From IMG/VR virus record IMGVR_UViG_3300001525_000359: 20,000 bases of DNA. One strand, given 5' to 3'. This DNA comes from an uncultured virus (IMG/VR IMGVR_UViG_3300001525_000359) (taxonomy: Duplodnaviria; Heunggongvirae; Uroviricota; Caudoviricetes). Below are positions 19,227 through 20,000 of this stretch, in pieces. The position numbers were made by a program, and so were the translations under genes. Each line of letters starts with the position of its first letter. Within the stretch, counting starts at the first letter, position 1. The notes beneath the pieces were generated by a model. It had not been told where the DNA came from, did no database searches, and saw nothing but the letters and a program-made list of their open reading frames with translations.

Positions 19227-19982
19227 ATGAAACAATTAACTACTGTTTTTTCTAAAAAGTCTTTAATTTCTTTTCAATATACATTTAGAAAACAAGATTA
19301 TGATGATAATGGCAAATTTACTAAATTAATTTGGCAAAAATGTTATGCAAATGTTTTTAAAACCATTGCAAATGAAATTACAAATAATGCATATTCAAAA
19401 ATATTTTCTAGTAGTAAGTCATTATGGCATAAAATCATTAATGATGAGTATGTAAATTTGTTAAATTCATTTAATTCTTTATCATTAAACTATAAAGAAT
19501 CTAAAGATAAAATATACAATGAATATACAACTAAATTTAGAGGAAATTGTGCAGAGATTCTAATCGAGGCAATGGCTAATAATGGATGTTTTTCTCCAGA
19601 TTTTATTGAATTAGATTCATATGTTCCAGTTGATCCAGATGCAGAAAGAGGAAATGATACTTTAGTTACAGCAATTGATGCTAAAGCTAAATCTTCTATG
19701 AATGGAAATGAAATTGGAATTCAAATCAAAAACTGGCAAAAAGACGTTAATGATTCGATTGTATTTGATAAAGCATGTTCTACAAGCTGGAAATGGCAAC
19801 AACAATTTAAAGAAAATGAATTCAACCAATATATAATTGGATTTTCAGATTCTTTCATGGCAAAAAATTATGAGAAGTTTGGAGTAAAGTTTTTAAATGC
19901 TAAATATTTAGATTCTAAAGGCTTGAATAAACTTCCAAAATTCTTTAATGACATTGCAGATCAAATTCTCAACTATAAATAA
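19227..19982 (+). CDS. putative restriction-endonuclease-like (PD-(D/E)xK, Mrr-type QxK) protein (251 aa)
   Basis: RGNCAEILIE...AIDAKA...IGIQIKNW fits G..E / ID / QxK; very AT-rich; no TAG. Confidence 0.6.
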   Translation: MKQLTTVFSKKSLISFQYTFRKQDYDDNGKFTKLIWQKCYANVFKTIANEITNNAYSKIFSSSKSLWHKIINDEYVNLLNSFNSLSLNYKESKDKIYNEYTTKFRGNCAEILIEAMANNGCFSPDFIELDSYVPVDPDAERGNDTLVTAIDAKAKSSMNGNEIGIQIKNWQKDVNDSIVFDKACSTSWKWQQQFKENEFNQYIIGFSDSFMAKNYEKFGVKFLNAKYLDSKGLNKLPKFFNDIADQILNYK

Positions 19983-20000
19983 TAAAAATATGAATGCTAT

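Noticed and set aside
1..20000. Suppressor tRNA, and assignment to Lak phage or a specific host
   Set aside because: No cloverleaf seen in the short intergenic gaps. Code 15 alone does not identify the lineage, and some genes have SD-like sites, so the host is left open.

Overview
Window from a large T4-like (jumbo/mega) dsDNA phage genome that reads TAG as glutamine (translation table 15), so the supplied ORF track is fragmented. Retranslated by hand, about 24 genes tile the + strand, often with ATGA/TAATG/TGATG overlaps. Content: three genes sharing the N-terminus MK(I/R)RxDFVSNSSSSSF, a macrodomain, dTDP-rhamnose genes (rmlB-rmlA, with rmlD ~9.6 kb later; no rmlC seen), and both type IIA topoisomerase subunits. 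Between the subunits sit two tandem, TAG-rich endonucleases (Zn finger + ~23-aa KYG repeat array + PD-(D/E)xK domain), preceded by two hairpins with complementary loops. Further on are a SprT-like protease, a three-copy unknown domain (one copy fused to a PRTase) and an AT-rich, TAG-free restriction-endonuclease-like gene. No tRNA, rRNA or CRISPR array was seen. All counts and alignments are by eye; no searches were run.
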